In this document: positions 38,998 through 50,033 of the stretch, piece after piece
How the letters are laid out: the number at the start of each line of letters is the position of its first letter
How positions within the stretch are numbered: position 1 is the first letter of the stretch
DNA from: an uncultured delta proteobacterium
GTDB lineage: Bacteria > Desulfobacterota > Syntrophia > Syntrophales > Smithellaceae
Direction: 5' to 3'
Length of the DNA stretch: 64,000 nt
Assembly: GCA_963753975.1 (NCBI GenBank)
Contig: CAVWEH010000004.1
Coordinates: forward strand, 1-64,000
The notes under the pieces: model-generated
What the model was told of the DNA's origin: nothing
What the model saw: the letters and a program-made list of their open reading frames with translations, nothing else
The model's database searches: none
Translations under genes and position numbers: made by a program

Positions 38998-40932
38998 ATG
39001 AAACACTTTGTTCTCGGCACGGCGGGTCATGTCGACCATGGAAAAACAGCGTTAATTAAAGCGCTTACCGGTATTGATACCGACCGTTTGAAAGAGGAAA
39101 AGGAACGGGGAATCACCATCGAACTTGGTTTTGCCTCACTTCTTCTCCCTTCCGGGCAAACCCTTGGCATTGTGGATGTTCCCGGCCATGAAAAATTCAT
39201 CAAAAATATGGTTTCGGGCGCAACGGGTATTGATTTAGTCTTGATGGTCATTGCTGCGGATGAAGGTATCATGCCGCAGACGAAAGAGCATTTGCATATT
39301 TGCTCACTTTTGGGGATAACTAAAGGCATCGTTGCGCTCACTAAAACTGATCTTGTGGAAAAAGACTGGTTGGAGTTGGTCCAATCCGAGATTAGCAAAT
39401 TTCTCCGGGGAAGTTTTCTGGAAGGTGCACCTATTGTGCCTGTTTCAGCTCTCAAAAAAGAAGGGGTAACCAATCTTATAGAAGCACTGGAAGCTACGGT
39501 AAGTAACATCCCGGAAAAAGCAGACTCCGGCATTTTCCGTCTACCAGTAGACCGTGTATTCACGATGAAAGGATTCGGCACTGTCGTCACTGGCACGCTG
39601 GTATCTGACTGTATTAAATCCGGCGAAGAAATTCAAATACTCCCGGAAGAGATTATCGCCCGCATCAGGGGTATCCAGGTGCATAATCACCCTGTAGAAA
39701 AATCCTGGGCCGGTCAACGCACAGCCGTTAACCTTCAAGGAGTTGAAAAATCTGCTATTAAACGTGGCGATATTCTTGCACGTCCGGAAACTATCCGGCC
39801 GTCACAGCGTCTGGATGTTTTTGTCGAATTCCTTTCCTCCAATATCAAAAATTTAAAAAACAGAACTCTCGTCCGCCTGCACACGGGCACAAGTGAAATT
39901 ATTGCCAGGGTAATCTTGCTGGATAAAGATGAAATTACCCCCGGTCAAAGGGCCTTTGCTCAACTGGTTTTAGCCAATAAGGATGTTGTTGTTGCCGGTG
40001 ACCGTTTTATCTTGCGCAGCTACTCGCCGATTACAACTATTGGCGGCGGTCAAATAATCGATCCGCTTCCTGCAAAACACAAAAGACTCAACAGCAAAAT
40101 CATCGACGAGTTAAATATATTACAAAATGGGACACTGCCAGAGAAAATTTCCGTGATTCTTGAACGGACTGGCTTTGCCGGCATCAATTTAAGCGGACTG
40201 ACCTTTCGCCTGGGTATCAACGCCAAGAACATCAGGGAAGCTCTGGAAAATTTGCTTTCCAGCAAAAAAGTGTTTCTTCTGGATAATGACGATACAACTG
40301 TTATTTCCGCTTACTTTGCCCATGAACTCGAAGAGCTTATCGGCAAAAATCTTACCGCTTATCACAAGAAAAATCCTTTGCAGGAAGGCATATCCAAAGA
40401 AGAACTCAAAGCATCGCTGGGACATGTCATTTCATCAAAACTGTTTAATATGACCGTGAACGCACTCAACAAAAAAGGAACCATAGTGAGCGATAAAAAC
40501 AATGTTCGACTATCGGGGCATAGGGTACAATTGGCGGGCGAACTCGACTCTTTGCGTCAGGCCATCGCAACGATTTATATTGAAGCCGGTCTGGCCCCAC
40601 CTTCCCTCACCGATGTCCTGGGTAAATTCAGAGACCAGAAAGCAAAAGCACAAAGCATTATCAATTTAATGCTTAAGGACGGCGCTTTAATCAAAATAAA
40701 TGAAGAATTATGTTTTGCTCACGAAGCCTTGGAAAAATTACGTGATGATTACAAAGCTCAACTCGCAAAAGACGGCCAGGCAACACCGGCCAGTTTCAAA
40801 GACCTAACCGGCCTTTCCCGCAAATATATAATCCCATTGCTGGAGTACTTTGACATGAGCAAACTTACAGTCAGAGTGGGAGACCACCGTATCTTGAGGG
40901 AAAACCGATGCGGAATTCTGACCAGGCAATAG
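38998..40932 (+). CDS. selB: Selenocysteine-specific elongation factor
   Basis: GTAGHVDHGKT, DRLKEEKERGITIELGF, C-terminal winged helix LSRKYIIPLLEYFD. Confidence 0.97.
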   Translation: MKHFVLGTAGHVDHGKTALIKALTGIDTDRLKEEKERGITIELGFASLLLPSGQTLGIVDVPGHEKFIKNMVSGATGIDLVLMVIAADEGIMPQTKEHLHICSLLGITKGIVALTKTDLVEKDWLELVQSEISKFLRGSFLEGAPIVPVSALKKEGVTNLIEALEATVSNIPEKADSGIFRLPVDRVFTMKGFGTVVTGTLVSDCIKSGEEIQILPEEIIARIRGIQVHNHPVEKSWAGQRTAVNLQGVEKSAIKRGDILARPETIRPSQRLDVFVEFLSSNIKNLKNRTLVRLHTGTSEIIARVILLDKDEITPGQRAFAQLVLANKDVVVAGDRFILRSYSPITTIGGGQIIDPLPAKHKRLNSKIIDELNILQNGTLPEKISVILERTGFAGINLSGLTFRLGINAKNIREALENLLSSKKVFLLDNDDTTVISAYFAHELEELIGKNLTAYHKKNPLQEGISKEELKASLGHVISSKLFNMTVNALNKKGTIVSDKNNVRLSGHRVQLAGELDSLRQAIATIYIEAGLAPPSLTDVLGKFRDQKAKAQSIINLMLKDGALIKINEELCFAHEALEKLRDDYKAQLAKDGQATPASFKDLTGLSRKYIIPLLEYFDMSKLTVRVGDHRILRENRCGILTRQ

Positions 40933-40965
40933 AAACATTTATTCTCAAGAAAGGCGGGTAAAAAT

Positions 40966-41919
40966 TTGAAGACTAAAGAAATTTATCTCAAAGACATCAA
41001 ACAAGGGGATAAGGTTCACTCCACCTTTTTGGCTGCTGAAAAAAACATGGCCTTTTCCCAAAAAGGTTCTCCTTATTTAACCGTGCGCCTAAAAGACAAA
41101 ACCGGCGAAATCGAAGGCAAGGTCTGGGATAACGCGGTTGAATTCGATCGGCTTTTTAAAAAAGGCGACATAATTTATATCGAAGGAAAGGCGGCCAGCT
41201 ACAAAAACTCCATTCAAATATCAATCGTCAATATTCAAAAAGACGCGTGGGAAGAAGTCGAGGCGTCTGACTATTTGCCTGCTGCTAAAACCGATGTTAA
41301 TGCCCTGTTCAACGAAGTGCTTATTTACATCGGTAAAATCCAGAATAAGTATTTGCAGGAGTTGCTTAATGCCTTTTTTCAGGACGAAAAAACAGCCGAT
41401 CTTTTCAAAAGAGCACCCGCGGCTAAGGGATTTCATCATATTTATTTAGGCGGCTTATTGGAGCACACACTGTCGGTTGTTCGTCTGCTGGAAAAAGTAT
41501 CCGAACATTATCCCAACCTCAATCGCGATATGCTCATTGCCGGAGGTATTCTTCATGATATCGGAAAAATTTATGAATTTTCTTATGACCAACTTATTGA
41601 TTACAGTGACGAAGGAAGACTGATCGGTCATATTGTCATGGGCGTGGAAATGCTCGACAAAAAAATAGATACTATTCCTGATTTTCCGGCGCAATTATCT
41701 CTGGAGTTGCGCCATATACTTTTGAGCCATCACGGAGAATATGAATTCGCTTCTCCCAAACGCCCGAAAACTCTGGAAGCGTTGGTTGTTCACTATATTG
41801 ACGATCTTGACGCCAAGCTCAACGCTTTTGAAACATTCGTCGCCGATTCCACCAACGCCGATTCCGACTGGACAGCCTACAATCGTTTTTTTGAAAGGTT
41901 CCTTTATAAAGGAAAATAA
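40966..41919 (+). CDS. OB-fold + HD-domain 3'-5' exoribonuclease (YhaM family)
   Basis: DKTGEIEGKVWD, PAAKGFHH..GGLLEHT, LHDIGK, SHHG. Confidence 0.9.
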   Translation: MKTKEIYLKDIKQGDKVHSTFLAAEKNMAFSQKGSPYLTVRLKDKTGEIEGKVWDNAVEFDRLFKKGDIIYIEGKAASYKNSIQISIVNIQKDAWEEVEASDYLPAAKTDVNALFNEVLIYIGKIQNKYLQELLNAFFQDEKTADLFKRAPAAKGFHHIYLGGLLEHTLSVVRLLEKVSEHYPNLNRDMLIAGGILHDIGKIYEFSYDQLIDYSDEGRLIGHIVMGVEMLDKKIDTIPDFPAQLSLELRHILLSHHGEYEFASPKRPKTLEALVVHYIDDLDAKLNAFETFVADSTNADSDWTAYNRFFERFLYKGK

Positions 41920-42062
41920 GGAGCAAGTTTAAAGTCGGCATCAGGCTTAATTTTAAATATTTCTTCCTGAATTCTTGTTTCTCAATTCTGTTGTTTTATG
42001 ATACATTATAAATGGTAATGTTTGAAAATGGCTGATTTCAAACTTAACAAAAGGAGTATGCT

Positions 42063-42245
42063 ATGCAACATGATATTCTTGTCTGGATTGTTCTTTTTAT
42101 AATGGTGTTCGTGCTAGGGATACAACTCCAATTGAGTGACCACAGTAGAAAATTGCAGGAAATCATCAAAAAAGTAGATGGACTGCTAAATGAACGGCTA
42201 AAAGAAACAAGAAGTGATATAAAATTACACAACACACCATTATAG
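42063..42245 (+). CDS. Small hypothetical membrane protein
   Basis: RBS AAGGAG, one TM helix followed by a coiled-coil-like tail; 60 aa. Confidence 0.45.
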   Translation: MQHDILVWIVLFIMVFVLGIQLQLSDHSRKLQEIIKKVDGLLNERLKETRSDIKLHNTPL

Positions 42246-42486
42246 ATTCTTCGCACCTCCGAAGGACATGGCGGACATCTGTTCGGCAAACCGTCAAGCG
42301 GTTAGCGATTCTGAATTATAGGTGTCTTCATCCGTGGCGAACATTGAGGCGACGCGCAATGGCACGCCTCAGTGGTATCTTTACACCTTTCAACTAGTAA
42401 TCTTCAATTTTATTCTTTCCATGAGATTGTAGATAAGTAGGTGAAATCAACAACGGAATAAGAAATGAATAAGCCAGCTAATGCCT

Positions 42487-44445
42487 TTATTTAACCTTAG
42501 CTAATAACGGTCTGATTTTTTTAATCACAAACACGATTAAAAAAATTAAAGCGCACAGGAAAAGAATTACGATAATCAAAGCTCCATAAGTGACGGCGTT
42601 GCCGTTGGCCAATATATTTTTCAAATTTGTCGAAGGTTCCGCCTGATAACGTCCTTCCGGCGCTCGATATTTTTCCGGAATATTCGGGATGCGATTTCTA
42701 TTGGTGTCCGTAAAGGACCGCATATACTGAGTAAGGGCTATCCACTCTTTTAGTTCCCTTGGCTTGGAAGAACCCTTATCGGTATAGATAATTGCCTTGT
42801 TTAAATCCAGCAAAGCGCGGCCTTTCTTATCCTTCGGTTTTACACTGAGGAGTCCATAGGTGGCTCTGCTTACATAATTTATCATCTCCGCCGTGTAGAG
42901 ATTGGAACAGACGCGATATAGCTTCTTATAATCGAGAGGCTTATATTCGCCTTTTTCATCCTGAACGGAAACCTGCGTTACTCTGTCGAATAAAATTCGA
43001 TACGGATTGAAGGCGAACTTCACTCCGGATACCTGCAGGTGAGCATCCTCTTTTTTAAAAGGCGCGAGTGAAGCCTCAACTTCCAGAATATCTTTCAGCT
43101 CCTTGCCCGTGACATGGAAAGCCAATAACGGATAGCCGGCCACGCCATCCCTGCCTATGCCCAGCGACAGCACCTGAAAAATATCCGCCGTCGTAATTTT
43201 CCCCTTCTGGAATGAATCCCTGATCAATCCCAACGGTTCCAGAGCCACATGAACATATTCATAGTTATTCCCTTCGGCTTTTTGTACGGCGTAGCGATAA
43301 GCATCCGTAATCATGTCTCCCAATCCCATTTCTCTGGGATTAGCATAAGCGGACGGAAGCGATTCCATGTTAAAATCGCTTTCGGCAATTACCTGATCAA
43401 AACTTAAATGATAGGGAGATAGAAAATCTCGATTAACAATATCTCTGTAGTCGGCAACCTCTTCCGAGACAATTCTATCGTCCGGAATACCGGCTGAAAT
43501 ATTTCTCAAATCGTAGGAGGCGACATTGATATCTTTTCCTCTGGTGTAAAAGACCTTCAAAATACCCATATACTCGCCATAACAGCCGCTGGAAACGATA
43601 ATTGTCCGGCCAATTTTTATCGGTTTAGGTAAAATTGTATGCGTATGGCCGCTGATAATAACATCGATCTGCGGCACTTGGCGCGCCAATTTTTCATCTT
43701 CCGATTTATTTTTTATCGGAGATGTACCGGAATGGGAAAGGCAGATAATCATATCAACGTTTTCTTTGTTTCTCAATACATCCACCATCCGCTTGCTTGC
43801 CCGAATCGGATCACCAAATTTAACGGGCTTGGCAAAGGGCGTATCGTCCATGGCATCCTTGCCCATAATGCCGAATACTCCAATACGGATACGGTTTCTT
43901 TCGAAAATCATATATTCTTTTACCGGATAGTCCTTAAAGGCTTGTTTCAATGCCGTATCTCCGGGATCATTTTTACTAAAAATAACATTGGAAGCAACCA
44001 AAGCAGGCAATTGCTGGCTTTTGGATCGTGCAGTGTTAAGCATTTTTGCCAAACCATCAGCATGGAAATCAAAATCGTGATTACCGAAAGTTGTTACATC
44101 ATAGCCCATTTTTCCCATGAGCCGGAGCTCAGATGCCTCTTTCATAAATAACGTGTGGAAAAGCGTGCCCATGGAAAAATCGCCGGCATCGACGCGCAAG
44201 GTCTTATTTTGATTATATATCCGCTGTTCTTTAATTATATAAGCGAGTTTGGCATATCCTCCCATCTGCAGTTGTTGACCGTCCTCGGTCAAAACCCCAT
44301 GGGGCAAAAAATACGAATGTAAATCATGAGTAAAGAGAATGACCAGTTCTCTGCTGCCTCTTCCCTGGCTGTCCGAATCTCCTCCAGTGATGATAATGAG
44401 CAGCAAAGACAAAGTAAGTAACGCAATTTTTTTGGCAAGCATCAT
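42487..44445 (-). CDS. 5'-nucleotidase/UDP-sugar hydrolase family metallophosphoesterase with C-terminal membrane anchor
   Basis: THDLHS, DAGD, GNHDFD, LSHSG, SGHTH; signal peptide and C-terminal TM. Confidence 0.92.
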   Translation of the reverse strand: MMLAKKIALLTLSLLLIIITGGDSDSQGRGSRELVILFTHDLHSYFLPHGVLTEDGQQLQMGGYAKLAYIIKEQRIYNQNKTLRVDAGDFSMGTLFHTLFMKEASELRLMGKMGYDVTTFGNHDFDFHADGLAKMLNTARSKSQQLPALVASNVIFSKNDPGDTALKQAFKDYPVKEYMIFERNRIRIGVFGIMGKDAMDDTPFAKPVKFGDPIRASKRMVDVLRNKENVDMIICLSHSGTSPIKNKSEDEKLARQVPQIDVIISGHTHTILPKPIKIGRTIIVSSGCYGEYMGILKVFYTRGKDINVASYDLRNISAGIPDDRIVSEEVADYRDIVNRDFLSPYHLSFDQVIAESDFNMESLPSAYANPREMGLGDMITDAYRYAVQKAEGNNYEYVHVALEPLGLIRDSFQKGKITTADIFQVLSLGIGRDGVAGYPLLAFHVTGKELKDILEVEASLAPFKKEDAHLQVSGVKFAFNPYRILFDRVTQVSVQDEKGEYKPLDYKKLYRVCSNLYTAEMINYVSRATYGLLSVKPKDKKGRALLDLNKAIIYTDKGSSKPRELKEWIALTQYMRSFTDTNRNRIPNIPEKYRAPEGRYQAEPSTNLKNILANGNAVTYGALIIVILFLCALIFLIVFVIKKIRPLLAKVK

Positions 44446-44594
44446 GATTATTATCCTTTCTTACATAAATCAAATTTATGCGCCGGGTGAGACATCGGAG
44501 CAGACTGGCTCGATCGGCCCTTAAAGGAAGGCGCTTCTTATAGCATATAATCTTTTTGCTGCCTATAGGTCAGATTGACTTTATTGTATTAAAT

Positions 44595-47500
44595 TTATTT
44601 GGCTTTACCCGTCAGATAATCGATCATCGGCTGAGTTACCAAAGGCACAACATCATCGATCATGTGCGGCATAAGGCTATCCATAACTTTAGGCATCAAC
44701 TCCGGCATCTGTTCACGCATATAATCGGGCATGGGAATCTGCGCGGCAACTCGCTCGAGCATTACCGGCATAACTTTGGGCATCATCATCGGCAGAAGAA
44801 TAGGAAATAAAACGGGAAACATTGGTTTCATTAAATTGAGAGCGCCGGGAATTTTTCCCATAACCCGCATCATCGGCCCCATACCGAAGGGCATGGCATC
44901 GATCAACTGCGGCCACATCGTTCCCATTAAATTGGCAAAACCCTGCGGTGTCATCAGGGATATGAAGGCATCAAAAACACCCCACTGACTATGCACATCC
45001 GGATTGGGATCGGGAAATTCATAGCCCAGGGCGTTTCCGGCCAGATGCGCCAGATCCACGACTTCCACCGGCATATTTTTCTTTTTCGCGGCTACACGTA
45101 ATTGCACCTCACAGCAGGGACACAGCGCCAGTACTTTCTCGGCGCCGATCTCAACCGCTTCATCAAGTCTTGTTTTACCGATTTCGGCGGCAATCGGCGG
45201 ATCTTTAATCAAAGTCAGAACACTGCCGCAACAGTGGCCTTTCTCACGGTTATGCTCCATTTCCACAAATTCCACATTGGGAATTGCCTTGATCAAATCG
45301 CGGGGGGCTTCATAAACACCGGATGCCCTGCCGATATGACAGGAGTCATGCCAGGTTACTTTTACCGGCTGCATATTATTGGCAGGAAATACAAATTCAC
45401 CGGATTTTATTTTCTCGGCGATAATTTCCGAGTAGTGCTTGGTCTTTGATATTGTACTCAATGCCCAATTTTTTCGCCCATTCGGGATAAACATTGCGCC
45501 ACATCATGTCGCAGGCCGGACAGGAGGCAACTACCGTATCCGCACCGGTGTGTTTTACAACCTCTATATTTTTGCGCATGATATCTCGCAAAAAGATCCC
45601 ATTTGCCGGCCACCAGCATCGGGGTGCCGCAACAATTTTCCGGTTTGCCGGCGTAAGTAAAATCGACACCGGCTTTGTCGAGCAATCTTACCGTTGCCAT
45701 GCCGATATCATGCTCCACATAGCTTACCGTGCATCCGGCAAAATACATTGCCGGCGCTTTACGGCCGGGACCGTGCTTTTCCTTAAGGTCTTCCGGAAAC
45801 CAGTCTGTCCTGTTTTTACGGTAACCTGCCCAGATGTTGCCTTCGGATTCGCAGCGCTTCGGCCATCATTTCAAAGGGCGGAAACGTCATCCGCTTTTCC
45901 TCATTGATCAGTTTACCGCGCAGTTTCATCCAGGAAGGTTCGATGGGCAGATGCCGCCGAACAACGCAGATTACAAAGTTCGCAGGTTGTGCAGACCAGA
46001 AAAGTATCAATCTGAGCCTGAGTCCATTTGGCTCTTCCTTCCAGATATTCCCTGCAGCCAGTACCATTTGCCGCGCGGGCTCTGGCTTTCCCAGCCGCGG
46101 CCGTAGAACTGATCGCATTCCTCCACACAATAACCGCATTGAGAACAGCTGTAAGCATACCAGACCACATCTGCCGGAATATCACTCACAGGATAACTTT
46201 TTCTCTCACCGATATGCGTGATAACGTAATTGCCGAAAGGCCGGATCAGCGGCTCAAGAGCAGCTCCGATGCTCACGGCGCTATCCATAAGACTATAGCC
46301 GATGACTTTTCCGGGATTGAAAATACCTTGTTCATCCACATCTTGCTTTTTAAATGCTTTCAGCCTGGCCAATCTTTCCTGTCCCAATACTTTTGCGGCT
46401 TTAGCCTTGAAATATAAACCGGTAGAATAGGCACGACCGCCGTTGGCTTCAGCAATTTTCATAATGGATAACGAAAGACTGAAAACAAAATTGTAGCTGA
46501 ACTTGCGCTGATCGGCGGGAATAAATCCCAGAATAACTACTTCCGGCTTTCCATCCTTGCCTTTGCGGATAACCGTTCCTTCCTTGACGACAGGTTGATT
46601 GATTTTATTTTCGACTTCCGCCATGAAGCGGCCCAATCGGGAAAGAGGTATGACAACTTCAGCCGGCACCAGACTGGGGCCAAGGCGTTTGACCACCATA
46701 ATTTTGAAACGGTTTTTCCATTCATGTTCGGCAATGCGTCTCACTTAATATTTCCCCCTGACAGCGGCGCAATATTTCCTTGCAGCTGCGCCATAACTTG
46801 CTTCTGCATCTTTTTTATGAAAAGCTATCGTGGCAACATAGGATGCAGGCAAGAAGCACTCTTTCTTCGATAGGATGACCGTTATGTTCCATCAACGGCG
46901 AACGATTTTTCATTTCCGCCATCCGGGGATTAATGAAAACCAGCGACCAAAAGGCAGATCCGCTTTCACTATATCTTCCACAATTCTTTGAAGATCATCA
47001 GCTTCCGGACAACCGATAGCAATAATTTCGAGTTCTTCTTTCGGCTGAACTTTCATGGTCAAATCGATGATAAAACCGGTTGTTCCTTCCGCATCGGCAA
47101 TTAAATCCAGATCGGCGCCGGTAAAAACACGCACCGAACCATCGGGCAGAACCACGCGGGCAGAAACGACATTTTCCCGAAACCAGCCGTATTGATAAGA
47201 ACCGAAACCTGCGCCGCCTTGCGCCAGCCAGCCGCCGACGGTCGAGCCGGGATAACTGGACGGATAAAGATTTACGGTAAGACCCTCTTTAGCCAGCGCA
47301 GCGTCAACTTTTTCCCAGACAACACCGGCCTGACAGGTAACCGTTTGCGCTTGCTTTATCTATGGATACAATTTTATTCAGACGGAAGAAATCAACGACA
47401 ATTCCTTGCTTTGACAGGCAAAACTCCGCCATAACCGGAAGAAGCTTTCGCCCGCGGAGTAAGAGCGATATTATTTTGCCCTGGCCCAATTAACGAGAGC

Positions 47501-47682
47501 AACCAGCTCTTCTTCGTTTTGGGGCTGAACAATCGGCATCGGGAATGGTTTTGCCGATGAGCGGCTGCAATGAGAGAAGGTATTGCCGCTATATCATGGC
47601 TGTATAGCACGCGCTCCATTTCATCAAAATTGACGCGATTGCCAAATTGTCTTTCCAGATATTCTTTCGTCTGCTGGTTCAT
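44595..47682 (-). pseudogene. FAD-binding (GlcD-like) + 4Fe-4S + CCG-domain oxidoreductase fusion, broken by many frameshifts (probably sequence errors)
   Basis: Colinear fragments: YSHD, STVGGWLAQGG, AEGTTG, FNPGK, CSQCGYCVEEC, CTTCELCNLRC, YFAGC, ENCCG, WHDSCHIGR, HCCG. Confidence 0.85.
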
Positions 47683-47805
47683 AAATAACCTCCCGTTTCT
47701 GCTAACTTTGCCCGATCATAAAACTCTTAATCTTAATATATTCTCTTTACAAATAAGACCCTAAATCTTTGTGATAGTTTAAATCCCAAATTAAAATAAA
47801 GACAA

Positions 47806-47844
47806 ATTCATTGGCACGACAGATCATCTGTCGTGCCAATGAAT
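47806..47844 (-). terminator. Perfect 19-bp inverted repeat just after the FadL-like gene
   Basis: ATTCATTGGCACGACAGAT-C-ATCTGTCGTGCCAATGAAT, followed by a T-rich tract on the minus strand. Confidence 0.7.
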
Positions 47845-47848
47845 AAAT

Positions 47849-49053
47849 TTAGAAAGTATAGCTTATCCCCATATCAATTGAATACTGTGACATCTCTGTT
47901 TCATATGAGCTTATAACCTGGTCCGTATTAGAGCCGCTAATTTTTGCGGTCGGTGAGTACATGCCACCAATATTAATGGTGAACTGCTTGGTGAGATTAA
48001 TTCCAAGACCAGCGGTAATGTGATGCTCGGAAACAGCGGGAAAAGCAATATTTTCAAATGCGCGATTGGCTACTGAGGGGCATTTTACCATAGTTATAAC
48101 CTGCCCGCAGCACTATCATCGGGATCAACTGTGTATTGAACACCAACCTTATAGACGAACTGGTCGCTCCAATCCATATTCCAAGGCATGGCCCCACTGG
48201 CGTTGGTAGTATACTTGGGCAGGTTTTGCCCATTGGTTTCCGACCAGTTGATCCATTCAACGTCAAAACCAATTACCAGATCTTTAATCGGTTTTATACC
48301 TAAACCTATTGTTGCCACTTGGGGCTGATCAAATTCTATTTTATCTATACCGGCAGCGGTGTTAAAAGCAAAATCCTGAAAATAGCTTTTTGTCTCGTAG
48401 GCCAATCCAATCTGGATCATATCAATTGGTTTCACCAATACTCCGATCGTTGCCCCATAACCAAAAGACGATGCTCCCATATGCGGTTGCTGAGTAGGAC
48501 CTCCGGCATTAAATTCCATGGTCGCATACATAACGTTGATTGCGGCCCCAACGGATACCATATCGTTAATTTTGTAAGAAAGCGCCGGCGCAAAACGCAT
48601 CTGTGAATATGACGTATAGGTTACACCACCGTAAAGATTTGCGGGATAATCAACACCCATGCCGGCCACACCATATGCACCTATACCAAATCTGAATTTT
48701 TCACTAAGGGGTATGATCAAACCAAAGGCGGGAACAGGTGATCCTCCACGGTCAGAATCGATTGTAGCCCCATCATGCGTCACCACCCCAGGAGCCACAC
48801 CAGTTGCCTTATAGTCAACAGAAGGCTTAAAATATGAGGCGCCAAAATCTATCCGCCCCGGCAGAACGCTCATGCCGGCCGGATTAGTCAGTATTGATGC
48901 GGCATCCAACGGAAGCCCCACACTGACTCCGCCCATGGAGTCCTGCACGGGACCAAAACCAATCATCCGCATGCCGTTAGTGGCAAAAGCATTGGTACTG
49001 CTAAGCAACATGGCAATGATTATTAATAATGATGTTTTAATAATTGTTTTCAT
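47849..49053 (-). CDS. OmpP1/FadL/TodX family outer-membrane transport protein (frameshifted near 48060-48125)
   Basis: Signal peptide AFA|TNG, SMGG, NPAGM, LRAGYNYG, C-terminal aromatic SYTF; spread across three track ORFs. Confidence 0.88.
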
Positions 49054-49322
49054 ACTTTCTCCTTATAGTATCATAGCATTTTGGTTTAAATTGCCCGGTC
49101 AATGCTGGCCGGAAAATCATCGCACAGCACTATAACATCTGGCCTCACCTCCTTCATAATCGTCGAGTAACCTTTTTTTGTTATATATTACCCCCCATTA
49201 AAGCAGGCGTTGAAACCAGAATCATCCAAGACTGAAAATATGATTTCCAATCATGCCTGCGCCAGAAAAAAATACGCACCATAGTTTTCCAACTATAGTT
49301 TGAAGAAGTTCCAGCAGAAGGT

Positions 49323-49655
49323 TTAGCTTGCGGTCTTTATCAGGCTGGAAACGATCCTTTTATTTTCCTGAAGCTGTTCCATAAGCACTTCTCTCATCAA
49401 GGTGCAGGCTTGAATAATCTTAGGATTAGCAATTCGGTAATACAGGACAACGCCTTCCCGTCTGGTCAGGACGACCCCCTTTGATTTCAAAATATTCATA
49501 TGCTGAGAAATATTTACTTTGCTCAGACCGGTCATTTGCATTAGCTCATTGTTAGACATCTCTTTTTCTTTTAACAAATTGATTATTTCCAGACGTTTAT
49601 GATTGGCAAATGTTTTACAAATATCTGCTTGAAGCTCGAATATACTTTTTTTCAT
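49323..49655 (-). CDS. ArsR/SmtB family transcriptional regulator
   Basis: KTFANHKRLEIINLL, NISQHMNILK..GVV..RREG..YYRI. Confidence 0.93.
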   Translation of the reverse strand: MKKSIFELQADICKTFANHKRLEIINLLKEKEMSNNELMQMTGLSKVNISQHMNILKSKGVVLTRREGVVLYYRIANPKIIQACTLMREVLMEQLQENKRIVSSLIKTAS

Positions 49656-49747
49656 ATCACCCTATTAATTATCATTGAATTGAATTGATTTTACTTTCTG
49701 CCTCTTACTAAGAGGCCGTCAAATTTAACTTAATTAGTTCACATTTA

Positions 49748-49783
49748 TATATATTTCATAATATAGCTATATATATTTGTCAA
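49748..49783 (-). promoter_or_regulatory. Candidate arsR promoter/operator
   Basis: Minus-strand TTGACA (49783-49778) directly adjacent to an ATATATAT-N14-ATATATAT palindrome. Confidence 0.4.
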
Positions 49784-50033
49784 TATTTATATAGTAGTAT
49801 TTCCCCAAACAATTTTTTTGTTTTCATAAAACTCTGTAGACTTGAATACCGGTTGCGGCAGGTAGGCTTGTTTATTTGACTAATCAGTAAAAGCCGTAAG
49901 TTTATTGGATAGTTATATGGTACAATCTAAAATTGATAGTCACCCCAAAACCAGTGGCGTTATTAGGATTAGTTCCTGATCTCCAAAGTCAGATACTGAC
50001 TCAATTTATCCGTGTTCTTCTGGCGGCCTTAAG

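Noticed and set aside
42250..42375. GC-rich hairpins and GGCAAACC as a c-di-GMP-I riboswitch
   Set aside because: No GNRA-capped P2 or GACGCAAAGC segment; lies between convergent genes; more likely REP debris or a terminator.
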